Shown: positions 25,795-39,299 of the stretch, piece after piece
Numbering within the stretch: the first letter of the stretch is position 1
Layout of the letters: each line of letters starts with the position of its first letter
Assembly: GCF_006345805.1 (NCBI RefSeq)
Contig: NC_043014.1
Coordinates: 47,678,001 to 47,742,000 of the forward strand
Source: Octopus sinensis
Taxonomy: Eukaryota
DNA: 64,000 nucleotides
Direction: 5' to 3'
Notes under the pieces: model-generated
What the model was told of the DNA's origin: nothing
Databases searched by the model: none
The model's input: only the letters and a program-made list of their open reading frames with translations
Position numbers and translations under genes: made by a program

Positions 25795-27424
25795 GTATGT
25801 CTCCGACATCATCTCTATCTTTACACACACACACACCACACAAAATATATCCACATGTGTCTGTATATACTTTGTGTGTGTGTGTATATTTACTGGCATA
25901 CATTTATATATACATACATACATACATACATAGGCATATATTTGTTTAAAGAAATAGGTATTATGTATAGATCAGCTCAATCAGCTGATTATTAATCAAT
26001 AACAACCCAGTCATGACCATCATGTCTTTTTTTCTCCAAGGAATTCAGTGTAGAACTACATTAACCAGTGTATCCGAGTTTATTTGAAATGTTAGTTTTT
26101 GGGCCAACAGAATTTAGCTGCTATTTCTAACAGATTAGGTGTCTACGTAGAAGATTTAGTGAGTACCAGTGGCAAGGAGTAGCTCACAGAAACAGTGGGT
26201 AGCTGTGGCATGGAACTGTAAAAGACATTAATATCAAGTTATAGGTGCCGGTCGCACTTGAAAGCACCCATTATATTCTTGGAGTAGTTAGTGTTAGGAA
26301 GGGCATCCAGCCATAGAAAACCATGCCAAATCAGACTGGAGTCTGATGTGGCCTTCCAGCTTACCAGCCCTGGTCAAACCGTCCAACCCATGCCAGCATG
26401 GACAATGGACATTAGATGATGATGTTGATGATGATGACTGATTGCTGTGAATTGATGGTGCAGAGATCAGGAATAGCAAGAGTTTACTAAGACATGATGT
26501 TGGCGGAGTGATGCCTCGACTCGTTGTATCAGAGCAACATCACTGAACATGTATTGACTTGGTTGAGGTAGGTAAGGTAAGCAGGGTCATAATCTAAGAC
26601 GTCTATGTATGTTATAGCTCTGTTGTCTTAGATATGTAAGTGAAATCATAGTCATGGCCAATGCCAGTGTCATAGGAATAGCACCCATTACACTCTTATT
26701 TCTTTATTGCCCACAAGGGGCTAAACATAGAGGGGACAAACAAGGACAGACAAACGGATTAAGTCGATTACATTGACCCCAGTGCATAACTGGTACTTAA
26801 TTTATCGACCCCGAAAGGATGAAAGGCAAGGTCGACCTCAGCGGAATTTGAACTCGGAATGTAATGGCAGACGAAATACCGCCAACCATTTCACCTGGTT
26901 TGCTAAGGTTTCTGCCAGCTCGCCACCTTCCCATTACTCTCTCGGAGTGGTTGGCATTAGGAAGGGTACCCAGCCATAGAAACCGTGCCAAACCAGATTG
27001 GAACCTGGTGTGGCTTACCAGTTTCAGTTTAACCCATCTAACCCATGCCAGCATATAAAGCTGATGCTAAATAATAACGATGAAGATACAGTCTAGGATG
27101 TCTACGTGTGTCATAGCCGTAATATTATATATTATGTTGTGGCTAAGTAAGATCTTGTTCTTACTGTTGTTGACGTTGACAAGGGATTTGGTAAACTGAT
27201 TTGCATAAGTATACTCTACTCTTTACTCTTTTACTTGTTTCAGTCATTTGACTGCGGCCATGCTGGAGTACCGCCTTTAGTCGAGAAAAATCAACCCTGG
27301 GATTTATTCTTTGTAAGCCCAGTATTTATTCTATCGGTCTCTTTTGCCGAACCACTAAGTTACGGGGACGTAAACACACCAGCATCGGTTGTCAAGCAAT
27401 GCTAGGGGGACAAACACAGACACA

Positions 27425-27512
<88 letters not shown>

Positions 27513-27797
27513 TACGACAGGCTTCTTTCAGTTTCCGTCTACCAAATCCACTTACAAGGCATTGGTCGGCCCGGGGCTATAGCAGAAGACACTTTCCCAA
27601 GATGCCACGCAGTGGGACTGAACCCGGAACCATGTGGTTGGTTAGCAAGCTACTTACCACACAGCCACTCCTGTGCCTATGTATGTAAAATCTTATGTTG
27701 TGATAACTTGATGTACACTACCAAGCATACTACACCACTAACACCCTCACCACTAACACCACCACCACTACAGTACAGATCTTTTATTTATCTGCAG

Positions 27798-27910
27798 AGA
27801 GAATTATATGCCCTCAGCTCTATTGGTTCTAAGCTCCAATACCAGGATTACAGGTTTGAACCTCTAACAGTCAACGAACAGACAGCAAGAGAAATGTTTC
27901 AACACAACAG
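27798..27910 (+). CDS. MRPL39: MRPL39 exon 6
   Basis: ctgcag| ... AG|gttcgt; RELYALSSIGSKLQYQDYRFEPLTVNEQTAREMFQHN(R). Confidence 0.92.
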
Positions 27911-28204
27911 GTTCGTAACTTTATTTACTTCTAGCTAGTAGTACATTTTTGTCTATCTATACCTTGTGTGTGACTAGGCGGCGAGGTGGTAGAAACGTTA
28001 GCACGCCGGGCGAAATTCGTAGCAGTATTTCGTCTGTTGTTACGTTCCGAGGTCGACTTTGCCTTTCATCCTTTCGGGGTCGATAAATTAAGTACCAGTT
28101 ACGCACTGGGGTCGATGTAATCGACTTAATCCCTTTGTCTGTCCTTGTTTGTCCCCTCTATGTTTAGCCCCTTGTGGGTAGTAAAGAAATATATACCTTG
28201 TGTG

Positions 28205-28347
28205 TGTATCTACGGCGTTCGCCGCTGGAATAAGGAGTGGTTGCAGATCACGCGGTCGTTAGCCTCAAATCGCCAGGCCTGGTTGGCATCTGTGAGAGAT
28301 GCAGCATTGAGGGTGAATGAAGCCAGCTCAACCCACGCCGGGTGAAT
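28205..28347 (+). mobile_element. 3' tip of a second RTE-like LINE family
   Basis: IYGVRRWNKEWLQITRSLASNRQAWLASVRDAALRVNEASSTHAG-stop; homologous to the end of 50614-51104. Confidence 0.7.
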
Positions 28348-29710
28348 ACTCTCTCTCTTTTACTTGTTTCAGTCATTTGACTGTGGCCATGCTGGGGTAC
28401 CACCTTTAATCGAGCAACTCGACCCCGGGACTTATTCTTTGTAAGCCCAGTACTTATTCTATCGGGCTCTTTTGCCGAACCGCTAAGTGACGGGGACATA
28501 AACACACCAGCATCGGTTGTCAAGCAATGCTAGGGAGACAAACACAGACACACAAACACACATATATATATACATATATACGACGGGCTTCTTTCAGTTT
28601 CTGTCTACCAAATCCACTCACAAGGCTTTGGTCGGGCTGAGGCTATAGTAGAAGACACTTGCCCAAGGTACCACACAGTGGGACTGAACCCGGAACCATG
28701 TGGTTGGTAAGCAAGCTACTTACCACACAGCCACTCCTGCTGTAAGAAGAAGGAGAAGAAGTGTGCGTGTGAGAGCGTGTGGCTGTTGTATGATGTATGG
28801 ATAGTGTCTGTGTTTTCCAGAAGTTGTGTTGTGTCTGGATGGGAGTTATTCTGTTGGTTTTTGTCTACCAACACACTAGTCACCCTGGTGCTATAGTAGA
28901 AGTCACTTGTTCAAGGTGTCACACTTTGAGACTGAACCCAAAACCATGTGGTTGTGAAGTAGATTTCTTAACCTCTTATGTGTACATATGCGTACGTGTA
29001 GATACACACACACACATTTGTAATATGAGGTTGAATGGTGTTGTTAGTCTCATAGTGATGAATTCAAATATAGGCTGCACTCCGTGTATGGAGTGTTTTA
29101 GAGCAAGGTTGCTTACTTTGCTTGCCTCACAGTCTGTCTGGCTAACAAAAAGACTTGACCACAATTAACCGTTTAGTATTCAGTTTACTCTGTTAACCCT
29201 TTAGTGTTTAAACTGGCCATATCCGGCCAAAATATTCTACCTATTTTATGTTCAAACTAGTCAGATATGGTCATTCATAGCTACCTTATTGTGTCATTTT
29301 AAAAATAAACAATCACATCATTGAAATCTCAAAGCCATGAAATGATGCAGGATTAATTTTACATGGTGTGAATACATAAGCTTTAAATTTGACAGAATAA
29401 TTTGAATGCTAAAGGGTTAAATGTAATGCTTATTTATTCACATCCATTTGAATTAGTCATGCCTGATCTTGTAGCTTTGCAAATATCAATGACACGATTG
29501 CTTAGACCAGATCTGGCCAGTTTGAACATAAAGCTAGTAGAATATTTTGGCCGGATATGGCCAGTTTAAATGCTAAAGGGCTGAGTATTTTGTATGCTGA
29601 GTTATAGATATAATTACGACAAACGTATATATATTTCTGAAAACAAAGCCAAAGCTGAAATTGAAACCTTGATGCAAAATGTATATGAGAAATGACAACT
29701 TTATTTTCAG

Positions 29711-29858
29711 ATTCAAATTGCAGCAGATTCCCAGCATTGCATCTCAATCAAGTTCCGGAGATAGTATAAACCTGTATCGTGTTGGTGATCATATTGATAT
29801 CAGCCAAGGACCCATGATATCCTCCACAGCCCATCTGGGTAGATTTTCACTTACAGCA
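29711..29858 (+). CDS. MRPL39: MRPL39 exon 7
   Basis: tttcag| ... GCA|gtatgt; FKLQQIPSIASQSSSGDSINLYRVGDHIDISQGPMISSTAHLGRFSLTA. Confidence 0.95.
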
Positions 29859-30726
29859 GTATGTTTCACTTTCTTATTATTTTTATCAAACTTTCAAACT
29901 TTTTCTTATTGAGAGAACCCTACAGTCCAAAAGTCTGTATTATGTTGAGCGACGCTGCAGTTCAGCCCCTGTCTTGTGGAGTGAACACCACTGTAAATTT
30001 CCTGTCATGTCAAAATCCTATAAGTTAGCCCCCTGACACGCTGAAGGATTCATTGGTTTAGCATCTCTCATGTTGAAACCCCTATAACAGCTTCTATCAT
30101 GTTGAAAGACCCTACAGCTCAGCCTTGCTATCTTGTTTAACAGACCATAGAATTCAACTCCTATCATCTTCAGGGACCAACATTTCAGCCCCTTGTCATT
30201 TTGAGGCACTTCACAGTTGCTGCCAGCCTCTCATTTTGAAACCATATGACAGCCACTGTCATGTCAAGATAACCTAAAATTCAGCCCCTGTTTTCATCAT
30301 CATCATCGTTTAACATCCGTTTTTCGCGCTAGCACGGGTCGGACGGTTCGACTGGGGTCTGGGAAGCCAGGAGGCTGCACCAGGCTCCAGTCTGATCTGG
30401 CAGTGTTTCTACAGCTGGATGCCCTTCCTAACGCCAACCACTCCGCGAGTGTAGTGGGTGTTTTTTACGTGCCACCGGCACAGGTGCCATGGGAGTCTGG
30501 CAGCAGCCCCGATCGTTTGGTGCTTTTAACGTGCCACCGGCACATACATATATATTGCAAGACCCTACTATTTAGTCCCTCTCATGTTGGGGAACCCCAC
30601 TGCTCAATCTCTGTTATATTGATGTTTTGTCATAGAGAAATATTTGAAGCCGGTGTACCCTAGTAGAGTACACTAACTACTACTACTACTACTACTGCTA
30701 CTACTACTACTCTTAAATACTTTCAG

Positions 30727-30801
30727 ATACATAATATTGAATGTCCTGACTATGGAAAATTACAAAGAGTACAAGGGGTAGCGATACCAAACCAGTTCTG
30801 G
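30727..30801 (+). CDS. MRPL39: MRPL39 exon 8
   Basis: tttcag| ... TGG|gtaggt; IHNIECPDYGKLQRVQGVAIPNQFW. Confidence 0.92.
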
Positions 30802-31639
30802 GTAGGTAACATGCTCTTGGTTTTCTTGTTGTTTCATTGTAGCTGTCCTCATTGACATCACCATCATCATCATCTCCATCATCATCATCATCATCCTTAA
30901 AGAAACATAATTATTGTTGACTTACATGAGTAGAGGAAGATTTCACATTGGCAGGAGTAACTGACGATACATGTGGATGAAATGAATTGTTGGTCTGTAG
31001 TTTCATAATAAGGCTAACATTGGTCAATTGTGCAAGAGAGACTGATGTTTGACTGTTGCGTTTGAGAGACTGTAGTGTTAGTCAGTAATGTACAAAGAAG
31101 TAAGCTGGCAGAAATGTTAGCACGCCGGGCGAAATGCTTAGCGGTATTTCGTCTGCTGTTACGTTCTAAGTTCAAATTCCGCCGAGGTCGACTTTGCCTT
31201 TCATCCTTCCGGGGTCGATAAATTAAGTACCAGTTACGCACTAGGGTCGATGTAATCGACTTAATACCTATGTCTGTCCTTGTTTGTCCCCTCTATGTTT
31301 AGCCCCTTGTGGGTAATAAAGAAATAAGAAACGTTAGCACGCCAGGCGAAATGCTTGGCGGTATTTCGTCTGCCACTACGTTCTGAGTTCAAATTCCGCC
31401 GAGGTCGACTTTGCCTTTCATCCTTCCGGGGTCGATAAATTAAGTACCAGTTACACACTGGGGTCGATGTAATCGACTTAATACCTATGTCTGTCCTTGT
31501 TTGTCCCCTCTATGTTTAGCCCCTTGTGGGTAATAAAGAAATAAGTAATGTACAAGCGAGTCTGTAGTGTTGGTCAGCTGCATTTGAGAAAAACAACAAT
31601 ATCCATCTGAATTCCTCTGTCTTTCTGTTTCATTGCCAG

Positions 31640-31687
31640 CTCCACCAATGGACATACAATTTATTGGAGAAACAGTCCCAGAAACTG
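31640..31687 (+). CDS. MRPL39: MRPL39 exon 9
   Basis: tgccag| ... CTG|gtaagt; LHQWTYNLLEKQSQKL, comparable to human AHFTIWDKLLERSRKM. Confidence 0.88.
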
Positions 31688-34594
31688 GTAAGTTCACTGT
31701 CAGCTCCCTGTAACATTGGCTGTTAGTGTAGAACTGTCTTTACTTCAGTTGCAACTGTATTAGATCACTACTGTATTGATTTATGTATCACAAACCCTCC
31801 TAGTTTTTGCTAAAAAAAAAAAAAATCACAGAAAAAATTATTGTTTGTAGCTTGCTAACTAACCACATGGTTCCGGGTTCAGTCCCACTGCGTGGCATCT
31901 TGGGCAAGTGTCTTCTGCTATAGCCCCGGGCCGACCAATGCCTTGTGAGTGGATTTGGTAGACGGAAACCGAAAGAAGCCCGTCGTATATATATGTATAT
32001 ATATATATGTGTGTGTGTGTTTGTCCCCCTAGCATTGCTTGACAACCGATGCCGGTGTGTTTATGTCCCCGTCACTTAGCGGTTCGGCAAAAGAGACCGA
32101 TAGAATAAGTACTGGGCTTATAAAGAATAAGTCCCGGGGTCGATTTGCTCGACTAAAGGCGGTGCTCCAGCATGGCCGCAGTCAAATGATTGAAACAAGT
32201 AAAAGAGTAATGTGTTCAGCTGGTTGGTCTCTTTTACTCTTTTGCTTGTTTCAGTCATTTGACTGTGGCCATGCTGGAGCACCGCCTTTAGTCGAGCAAA
32301 TCGACCCCTGGACTTATTCTTTGTAAGCCTAGTACATATTCTATCGGTCTCTTTTGCCGAACTGCTAAGTTACGGGGAAGTAAACACACCAGCATCGGTT
32401 GTCAAGCGATGTTTGGGAGACGAACACAGACACACAAACGTATACACACATCCACACACACATATATATATATATATACATATATAGGACGGGCTTCTTT
32501 CAGTTTCCGTCTACCAAATCTACTCACAAGGCTTTGGTCGGCCCAAGGCTATAGTAGAAGACACTTGCCCAAGATGCCATACAGTGGGACTGAACCTAGA
32601 ACCATGTGGTTCGTAAGCAAGCTACTTACCACACAGCCACTCCTACGCCTAAAGTAATTGCAGACTTTGTTTTATATATAGACATAAACACACTATGGAT
32701 GTGTGTGTGTCAATAGATAGACAGATAGATATTTGAACATCACAAAATACACAAAACCAGTATAATACACTCCTGATTATAAGGTGTCTATTCTGAAAAG
32801 GGTTTTTGCTATGCATGAATAAATACAGAATTATTACCTTTCATATTAATCCTATCTTCTTATGATCCCTAACTATCACATGGTTCTTAATTTTCACAAG
32901 ATAGAGTTCCTAAATACTTCTTAACTGGAGCCATCAAACAAACAAATGATTGTTTTGTAATGTGACCCTTACTTATTATCTTGTAACATTACCTCAATTT
33001 GTTGTCTTATAACCTCTCCCCTATTCACTTCAGAACTTCTATGCTCTTGTGTGGCCCTCAAACATGCCATGAGCCCAAACCACAATTCTTTTCCTTGTCC
33101 CAGTATGTTCAATAAACCTTCTGCTCTAGCCCTCTCCCCAATGTGGTCCCTTTACTATTTGCCTAGTATGTTCCACAAACTGTCTCTCCTCACTTCACCT
33201 AAACCACCACCACAAATTAACCCCTTTAATACCAACCCACTTGAGGGTGCTCGTGGATCTGTAGTACAAATGTCATGTTTTCAAAGTTCTGAATTTAAAT
33301 CTCCCACCCAAAACCTAGTGTTAATTTGTTCCTAATACCAGCTTGGAGGCGCAATGGCCCAGTGGTTAGGGCAGTGGACTCGCGGTCGTAGGATCGCAGT
33401 TTCGATTCCCAGACCGGGCGTTGTGAGTGTTTATTGAGCGAAAACACCTAAAAGCTCCACGAGGCTCCGGCAGGGATGGTGGTGATCCCTGCTGTACTCT
33501 TTCACCACAACTTTCTCTCACTCTTACTTCCTGTTTCTGTTGTACCTGTATTTCAAAGGGCCGGCCTTGTCACTCTCTGTGTCACGCTGAGTAACCCCAA
33601 GAACTACATTAAGGGTACACGTGTCTGTGGAGTGCTCAGCCACTTACACGTTAATTTCACGAGCAGGCTGTTCTGTTGATCGGATCAACCGGAACCCTCT
33701 TCGTCGTAACCGATAGAGTGCTTCCATAATACCAGCTTGACCCATTTTGTGTTCAGATTTCTCTCTCAAATGTAATGTTTATCAATTCTCATTGTTTTAA
33801 ATTAATCATGCATTATCTTGAGATTTTGAAGATGGGATTGTTTATTTTTAGAATAACATAGTAGGGTAAGTGTGAGAAGCCAGATCTGGCTGGTTGAGCA
33901 TAAAACAAGAATATTCGGACCAGATAAGGCCAGTTTAAATGCTAAAGGGTTAATAATAACAAAGTTATCTCAATATGGCTAACCACAAAGTGGGGGGGTG
34001 TTACTGTAGCTTTTTAGCCCCAGGAGATCATCGTCTCCAGCTGGCTTTAGACACACTTTCTGTGCCCTTGAAGTATTTGCAAAGGGAGGCCATCCCTTCC
34101 TCGTAAGCCTGAGTGATACGCACGGACCGGTACAGTAACACACCCCCACTTTGTGGTTAGCCATATTGAGATGGCTTTTATACTTTACATTGTCGAGCGG
34201 TTACTGTTTACATCTCGTTCTGTGATTTAATAATGATAACAAAGTTATTTTACTAAATTCTTCATTACATTTAACCCTTTAGTGTTCAGATTATTCTATC
34301 AAACATAATGCTTATTGATTCACATTAATTTGAATTTATCATGCATTATCTCTTATCTTCAAGATCTTGATGGTGTAATTACTTAATGTAGAATAACATT
34401 GTAGGGTAGGTGTGAGAGCCTGGATCTGGTCAGTTTGAACATAAAACAGATTAACTATTTTGGCCGGATATGGCCGGTTTAAATACTAAAGGGTTAATGT
34501 CAATCACTCGAAGTAAACGCAGAGTATCTCAACAGAAATATGGTAACAAAAGGGTTAAATACTTAATGAGATTATTTTTCCTATTCATTTTCAG

Positions 34595-34687
34595 AACTGG
34601 TGTACTTACCCAAATGTACAGAAAAAGATAGAAACAGAGAAAAGCCAACCAGAACCTGTACAGCAAGAAACCCAGATGCTACCCTGA
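34595..34687 (+). CDS. MRPL39: MRPL39 exon 10 (terminal)
   Basis: Pyrimidine tract then tttcag|; NWCTYPNVQKKIETEKSQPEPVQQETQMLP-stop. Phase 0 fits exon 9 and an AATAAA follows. Little homology support for this tail. Confidence 0.75.
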   Translation, partial: NWCTYPNVQKKIETEKSQPEPVQQETQMLP

Positions 34688-34818
34688 TGCCGAGCCTTGC
34701 TACACTGTACCCAATGATATTCTTTTGTTAATCCTGAACACCCAAACTGTACAGTGGTAATCCTCCGACTCCACTCAAGATATTTCAGTTCAGTTTTGTA
34801 TTCTTTTGTAGATATTTT

Positions 34819-34824
34819 AATAAA
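34819..34824 (+). terminator. Polyadenylation signal of MRPL39
   Basis: AATAAA 132 nt after the stop codon, followed by U/GU-rich sequence (gttggtattgttttagtgtt). Confidence 0.65.
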
Positions 34825-36372
34825 TTTAATTTTGACAGTTGGTATTGTTTTAGTGTTACTGGGATGAACAATGGTCTGAGGGGTGTGTAATGTTATTGTA
34901 GTGGACAGTGGTCAGAGGATTGCGTGATGTTATTGATAAGGCGGCGAGCTAGCAGAAACATTAGCACGTCGGGCGAAATGCTTAGCGGTATTTCATCTGC
35001 CGTTACGTTGTGAGTCAAATTCCGCCGAGGTCAACTTTACCTTTCATCCTTTTGGGGTCGATAAATTAAGTACCAGTTACGCACTGGGGTCGATGTAATC
35101 GACTTAATACCTATGTCTGTCCTTGTTTGTCCCCTCTATGTTTAGCCCCTTGTGGGTAATAAAGAAATAGTTATTTGATTGGACAGTGGCTGGAGGGCTA
35201 TGTGTGGTATGTCAACAACACATAACTGGCACTCTGTCAGTTACGATGACATGGGTTCCGTTTGATCTGATCAGCAGAACAGCCTGCTCAAATAATTAAT
35301 GTGCAAGCGGTTGAGCACTCCAAAGACACACATACCCTTAACATAGTTCTCAGGGAGATTCAGCGTGAGACAGAATGTGACAGGGCTGTCCCTTTGAAAT
35401 TCATTTTTGCCAGTTGAGTGAACTGGAGCAACGTGGAATAAAGGGTCTTGCTCAAAGACACAATACGCCATTAGGAATTGAACTCATGGCCTTAGTTTTG
35501 CAAGTTGAACATCCTAACCATCAAGCCATGTGCCTTCATCAACAACACATATAGAACAACAGGCATTAGCATCAATCCCTAAGCATTTACTGACTCAAGC
35601 CCTGGAACCCTATAGGGCCGGTTTCAATGGCCTCTAAGTGGTTGAGGTCACAACACTCTGAATTGCAGTCCAATGCAGTTATTGATTTAAGTGTTTTTCT
35701 CAAGAACACGGAAAGGCATCCAGCCTGAGAAACTCTGCCAGATCAGATTGGAGTCTGGTGCAGCCATCTGGTTCGCCAAACCTCAATAAAATCGTCCAAC
35801 CCATGCTAGCATGGAAAGCAGATGTTAAACAATGATAATGATGATGATGATGACAAAATACTACCCAGTCCAGCAATTGAAACCCTGATTTTCTGATTGT
35901 GAGTGCAACTCCCTAACCTCAAGGCCATGTAGAACGGTGAGTATCTGGTATGAGGTATCTAATATTTAAATGAGTTAGCAAACACTCCTAGTACTACTGC
36001 TACTATTATTATTGTCTTCACCACTACAGCTTAATACCAACCCCACCACTTCTGTCTACTGTTAGATTAATGAAAATTTATTGATTAGTACTCATAATTG
36101 GTATCAATCTTCATAACCTGTTTATGATTTATATTATGTGTGCTTGTGTGTGTGTATATATATATATTGTGTGTGTGTATATGTATATATATATATATAT
36201 TTTATATTTCTGATGATGATGATTACATTAACTGAAATTTTTCACCATGGCAAAAATTTTCTATATATTCTATTATAGACATGATCTGCTTCATATATAC
36301 TCCATCTATCTATCCATCCGTCCACCCATTTATTCATCTATCCTAACGCATTCACCAACAACCCATGTGGAG

Positions 36373-36404
<32 letters not shown>

Positions 36405-36407
<3 letters not shown>

Positions 36408-36598
36408 TCGCCATGATAGATCGTTAGCCACTACACACATTTTTTTTCTCTCCTTGTTTCTTTCTGTGTCCCTTTCTGTAGAAGAGCGTAGGCTCGAAAC
36501 GTAAAAGACTTTTTCTATTCCTGAGCGTTATACTAATACATCTATTTGTTTTGTACACCACCTGTCTTCGTCTTTTGTTTTTTTCGTAAACTCTCCTA
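36405..36598 (+). mobile_element. Penelope-like element terminal-repeat fragment (inferred)
   Basis: About 190 bp homologous, in inverted orientation, to 42602-42790. Contains a minimal hammerhead-like motif, the kind known from PLE repeats. No PLE protein sequence seen. Confidence 0.55.
36472..36507 (+). ncRNA. Minimal type I hammerhead-like motif, variant core
   Basis: CUUU-CUGUAGAA-GAGC(GUAG)GCUC-GAA-ACGU-A-AAAG: stem I, stem II, GAAA, palindromic stem III, NUH = GUA. Core position 6 is U rather than A. Confidence 0.5.
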
Positions 36599-39299
36599 TA
36601 TATATATATATATATATATATATCATCATCATCATCATTTAACGTCCGTTTTCCGCGCTAGCACGGGTTGGACGGTTCGACCGGTGTCTGGGAAGCCAGG
36701 AGGCTGCACCAGGCTCCAGTCTGTTCTGGCAGTGTTTCTACAGCTTGATGCTTTTCCTAATGCCAACCACTCCATGAGTGTAGTGGGTGCTTTTTACGTG
36801 CCACCGGCACAGAAGCTAGTCTAGGCGGCGCTGGCATCAGCCACGTTCGGATGGTACTTTTTATGTGCCACTGGCACAGGTATCACAACTACTATTTCCA
36901 TTGATATTTATTTCGATGTTCATGTACATGATTCAATAGGTCTCCTCAAGCACAGCGGGTTGTTCTGGAATCCAAGGTACTTTGAATGGACAGGGGCTAT
37001 GCGGAACTGGTGCAGGAAGCAGCATATCTCCAGATATATATATATGTGTGTGTGTATGTATTGTATGTGTGTATATACATTTGCCCGTGCACTCGCACCC
37101 GCACATATCTAATTAATAAAACTGAAAAATCTATAACTACAATTTACTGTAGTTTCATCTGTCAAATCTTCAAAATTGTAATAGAACTATTGGAAAGAAA
37201 TATTGTGTGCATAGATGTAGGAGTGACTGTGTGGTAGGTAGCTTGCTTACGAACCACATGGTTCTGGGTTCGGTCCCACTGTGTGGCATCTTGGGCAAGT
37301 GTCTTCTACTTTAGCTTCGGGCCAACCAAAGTCTTGTGAGTGGATTTGGTAGACGAAAACTGAAAGAAGCTCATCGTATATATGTATATATATATATTTA
37401 TATGTATATGTATATATATGTGTGTGTGTTTATGTTTGTCCTCCCCAAATTCACTTGACAACCGACGCTTGTGTGTTTACGTCCTCGTAACTTAGCAGTT
37501 CAGCAAAAGAGACTGATAGAATAGGTACTGGGCTTCCAAAGAATAAGTCCTGGGGCCGATTTGCTTGACTAAAGGTGGTGCTCCAGCATGGCCACAGTCA
37601 AATGACTGAAGCAAGTAAAAGAGTAATATACATATACTTATATGTGTGTGTGTGTAATATTGTATATATATCTATCAACATCAAAATAAAAATCAAATGG
37701 AAATTGTAGTTGTGAATATCTGTGCCGGTGGCACGTAAAAAGCACCATCCGAACGTGGCCGATGCTGGTGGCACGTAAAAAGCACCAACCAATCGTGGAC
37801 GCTGCCAGCCTCCCCTGGCACCTGTGCCAGTGGCACTTAAAAAGCACCCACTACAATCACAGAGTGGTTGGCGTTAGGAAGGGCATCCAGCTGTAGAAAC
37901 TCCGGCAGATCAAACTGGAGCCTGGTGCAGACCCCGGTTCGACCGTCCAACCTGTGCTAGCATGGAAAATGGATGTTAAACGACGATGATGATGATGATG
38001 ATACATATATTTAATGATAGGAAGAGTGGAAAAAAGAGTATGTGTGAAGTAAATGAATTTATGTTGGAGATAAATATTACATGGATGAGAAGAAAGAAAC
38101 TGGAAATATTTGAATCATCATCATCATCATCGTATAGCGTCCGCTTTCCATGCTAGCATGGGTTGGACAGTTCAACTGGGGTCTGTGAAGCCAGAAGGCT
38201 GCATCAGGCCCAGTCTGATCTGGCAGTGTTTCTACGGCTGGATGCCCTTCCTAACGCCAACCACTCCGTGAGTGTAGTGGGTGCTTTTTACGTGCCAGAC
38301 GGAGCTGGCAAACGGCCACGGACGGATGGTGCTTTTTACGTGCCACCGGCATGGGGCCAGGCGAGGCTAGCAACAGTCACGAACGGATGGTGCTTTATAC
38401 GTGCCACCGGCACAAGGCCAGTCGGGGTGGCGCTGGCAATGGTCACGAACGGATGGTGGTGCCAGAAGAGTCTGGCAAATGGCAAGACTCGTCTGGCACC
38501 ACCATCCGTTCGTGACCGTTGAATATGAGTGAATATATTTAATTATTTAGCAAACAGTTTGGGTTTTCAGAAATTGAGTAGAAGGCCCAAAATATAATTG
38601 TTTGACTAAGATTCTTCAGTGCGGTGTCCCAGCATGGCTGTATTCTAATGACTAAAACAAGTAAAAGATAAATATAAGTAACACATTTTAATTTCAATGA
38701 GGTAAATCGCTCTCGTTAACTATTTCCACTCATCAGTACAGACAGAACATAGTAATGAAGGCGGCGAGCTGGCAGAAACGTTAGCATGCGGGCGAAATGC
38801 GTAGCCGTATTTCGTCTGCCGCTACGTTCTGAGTTCAAATTCCATCGAGGTCGACTTTGCCTTTCATCCTTTCGGGGTCGATAAATTAAGTACCAGTCAC
38901 GCACTGGGGTCGATGTAATCGACTTAATCCATTTGTGTGTCCTTGTTTGTCCCCTCTATGTTTAGCCCCTTGTGGGTAGTAAAGAAATAGGTATTTCGTC
39001 TGCCACTATGTTCTGAGTTCAAATTCCGTCGAGGTCGACTTTGCCTTTCATCCTTTCGGGGTCGATAAATTAAGTACCAGTCACGCATTTGGGTCGATGT
39101 AATCAACTTAATCCGTTTGTCTGTCCTTGTTTGTCCCCTCTGTGTTCAGCCCCTTGTAGGTAGTAAAGAAATAAGAACATAGTATTTAGTTAGTTTGTCC
39201 CTTTATATTCTGAGCCCAAATCCTGCCAGGGTCACCTTTTTTTTATTTATCTTTCTAGTGTTGAGAAAATAGTGTACCACAAAATAGAGTATCTGGACT

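Noticed and set aside
19091-30801. Threonyl-tRNA synthetase call for the TGS/SAD-like exons
   Set aside because: There is no class II catalytic or anticodon domain, the frame ends at 347 aa, and the motifs match mL39.
31014-31458. Recurrent ORFs such as MRNWYLIYRPRKDERQ, MSSNARGTNTDT and MLAWVGRFDRG
   Set aside because: They are chance frames in multicopy SINE/LINE-UTR sequence, with variable stops among copies.
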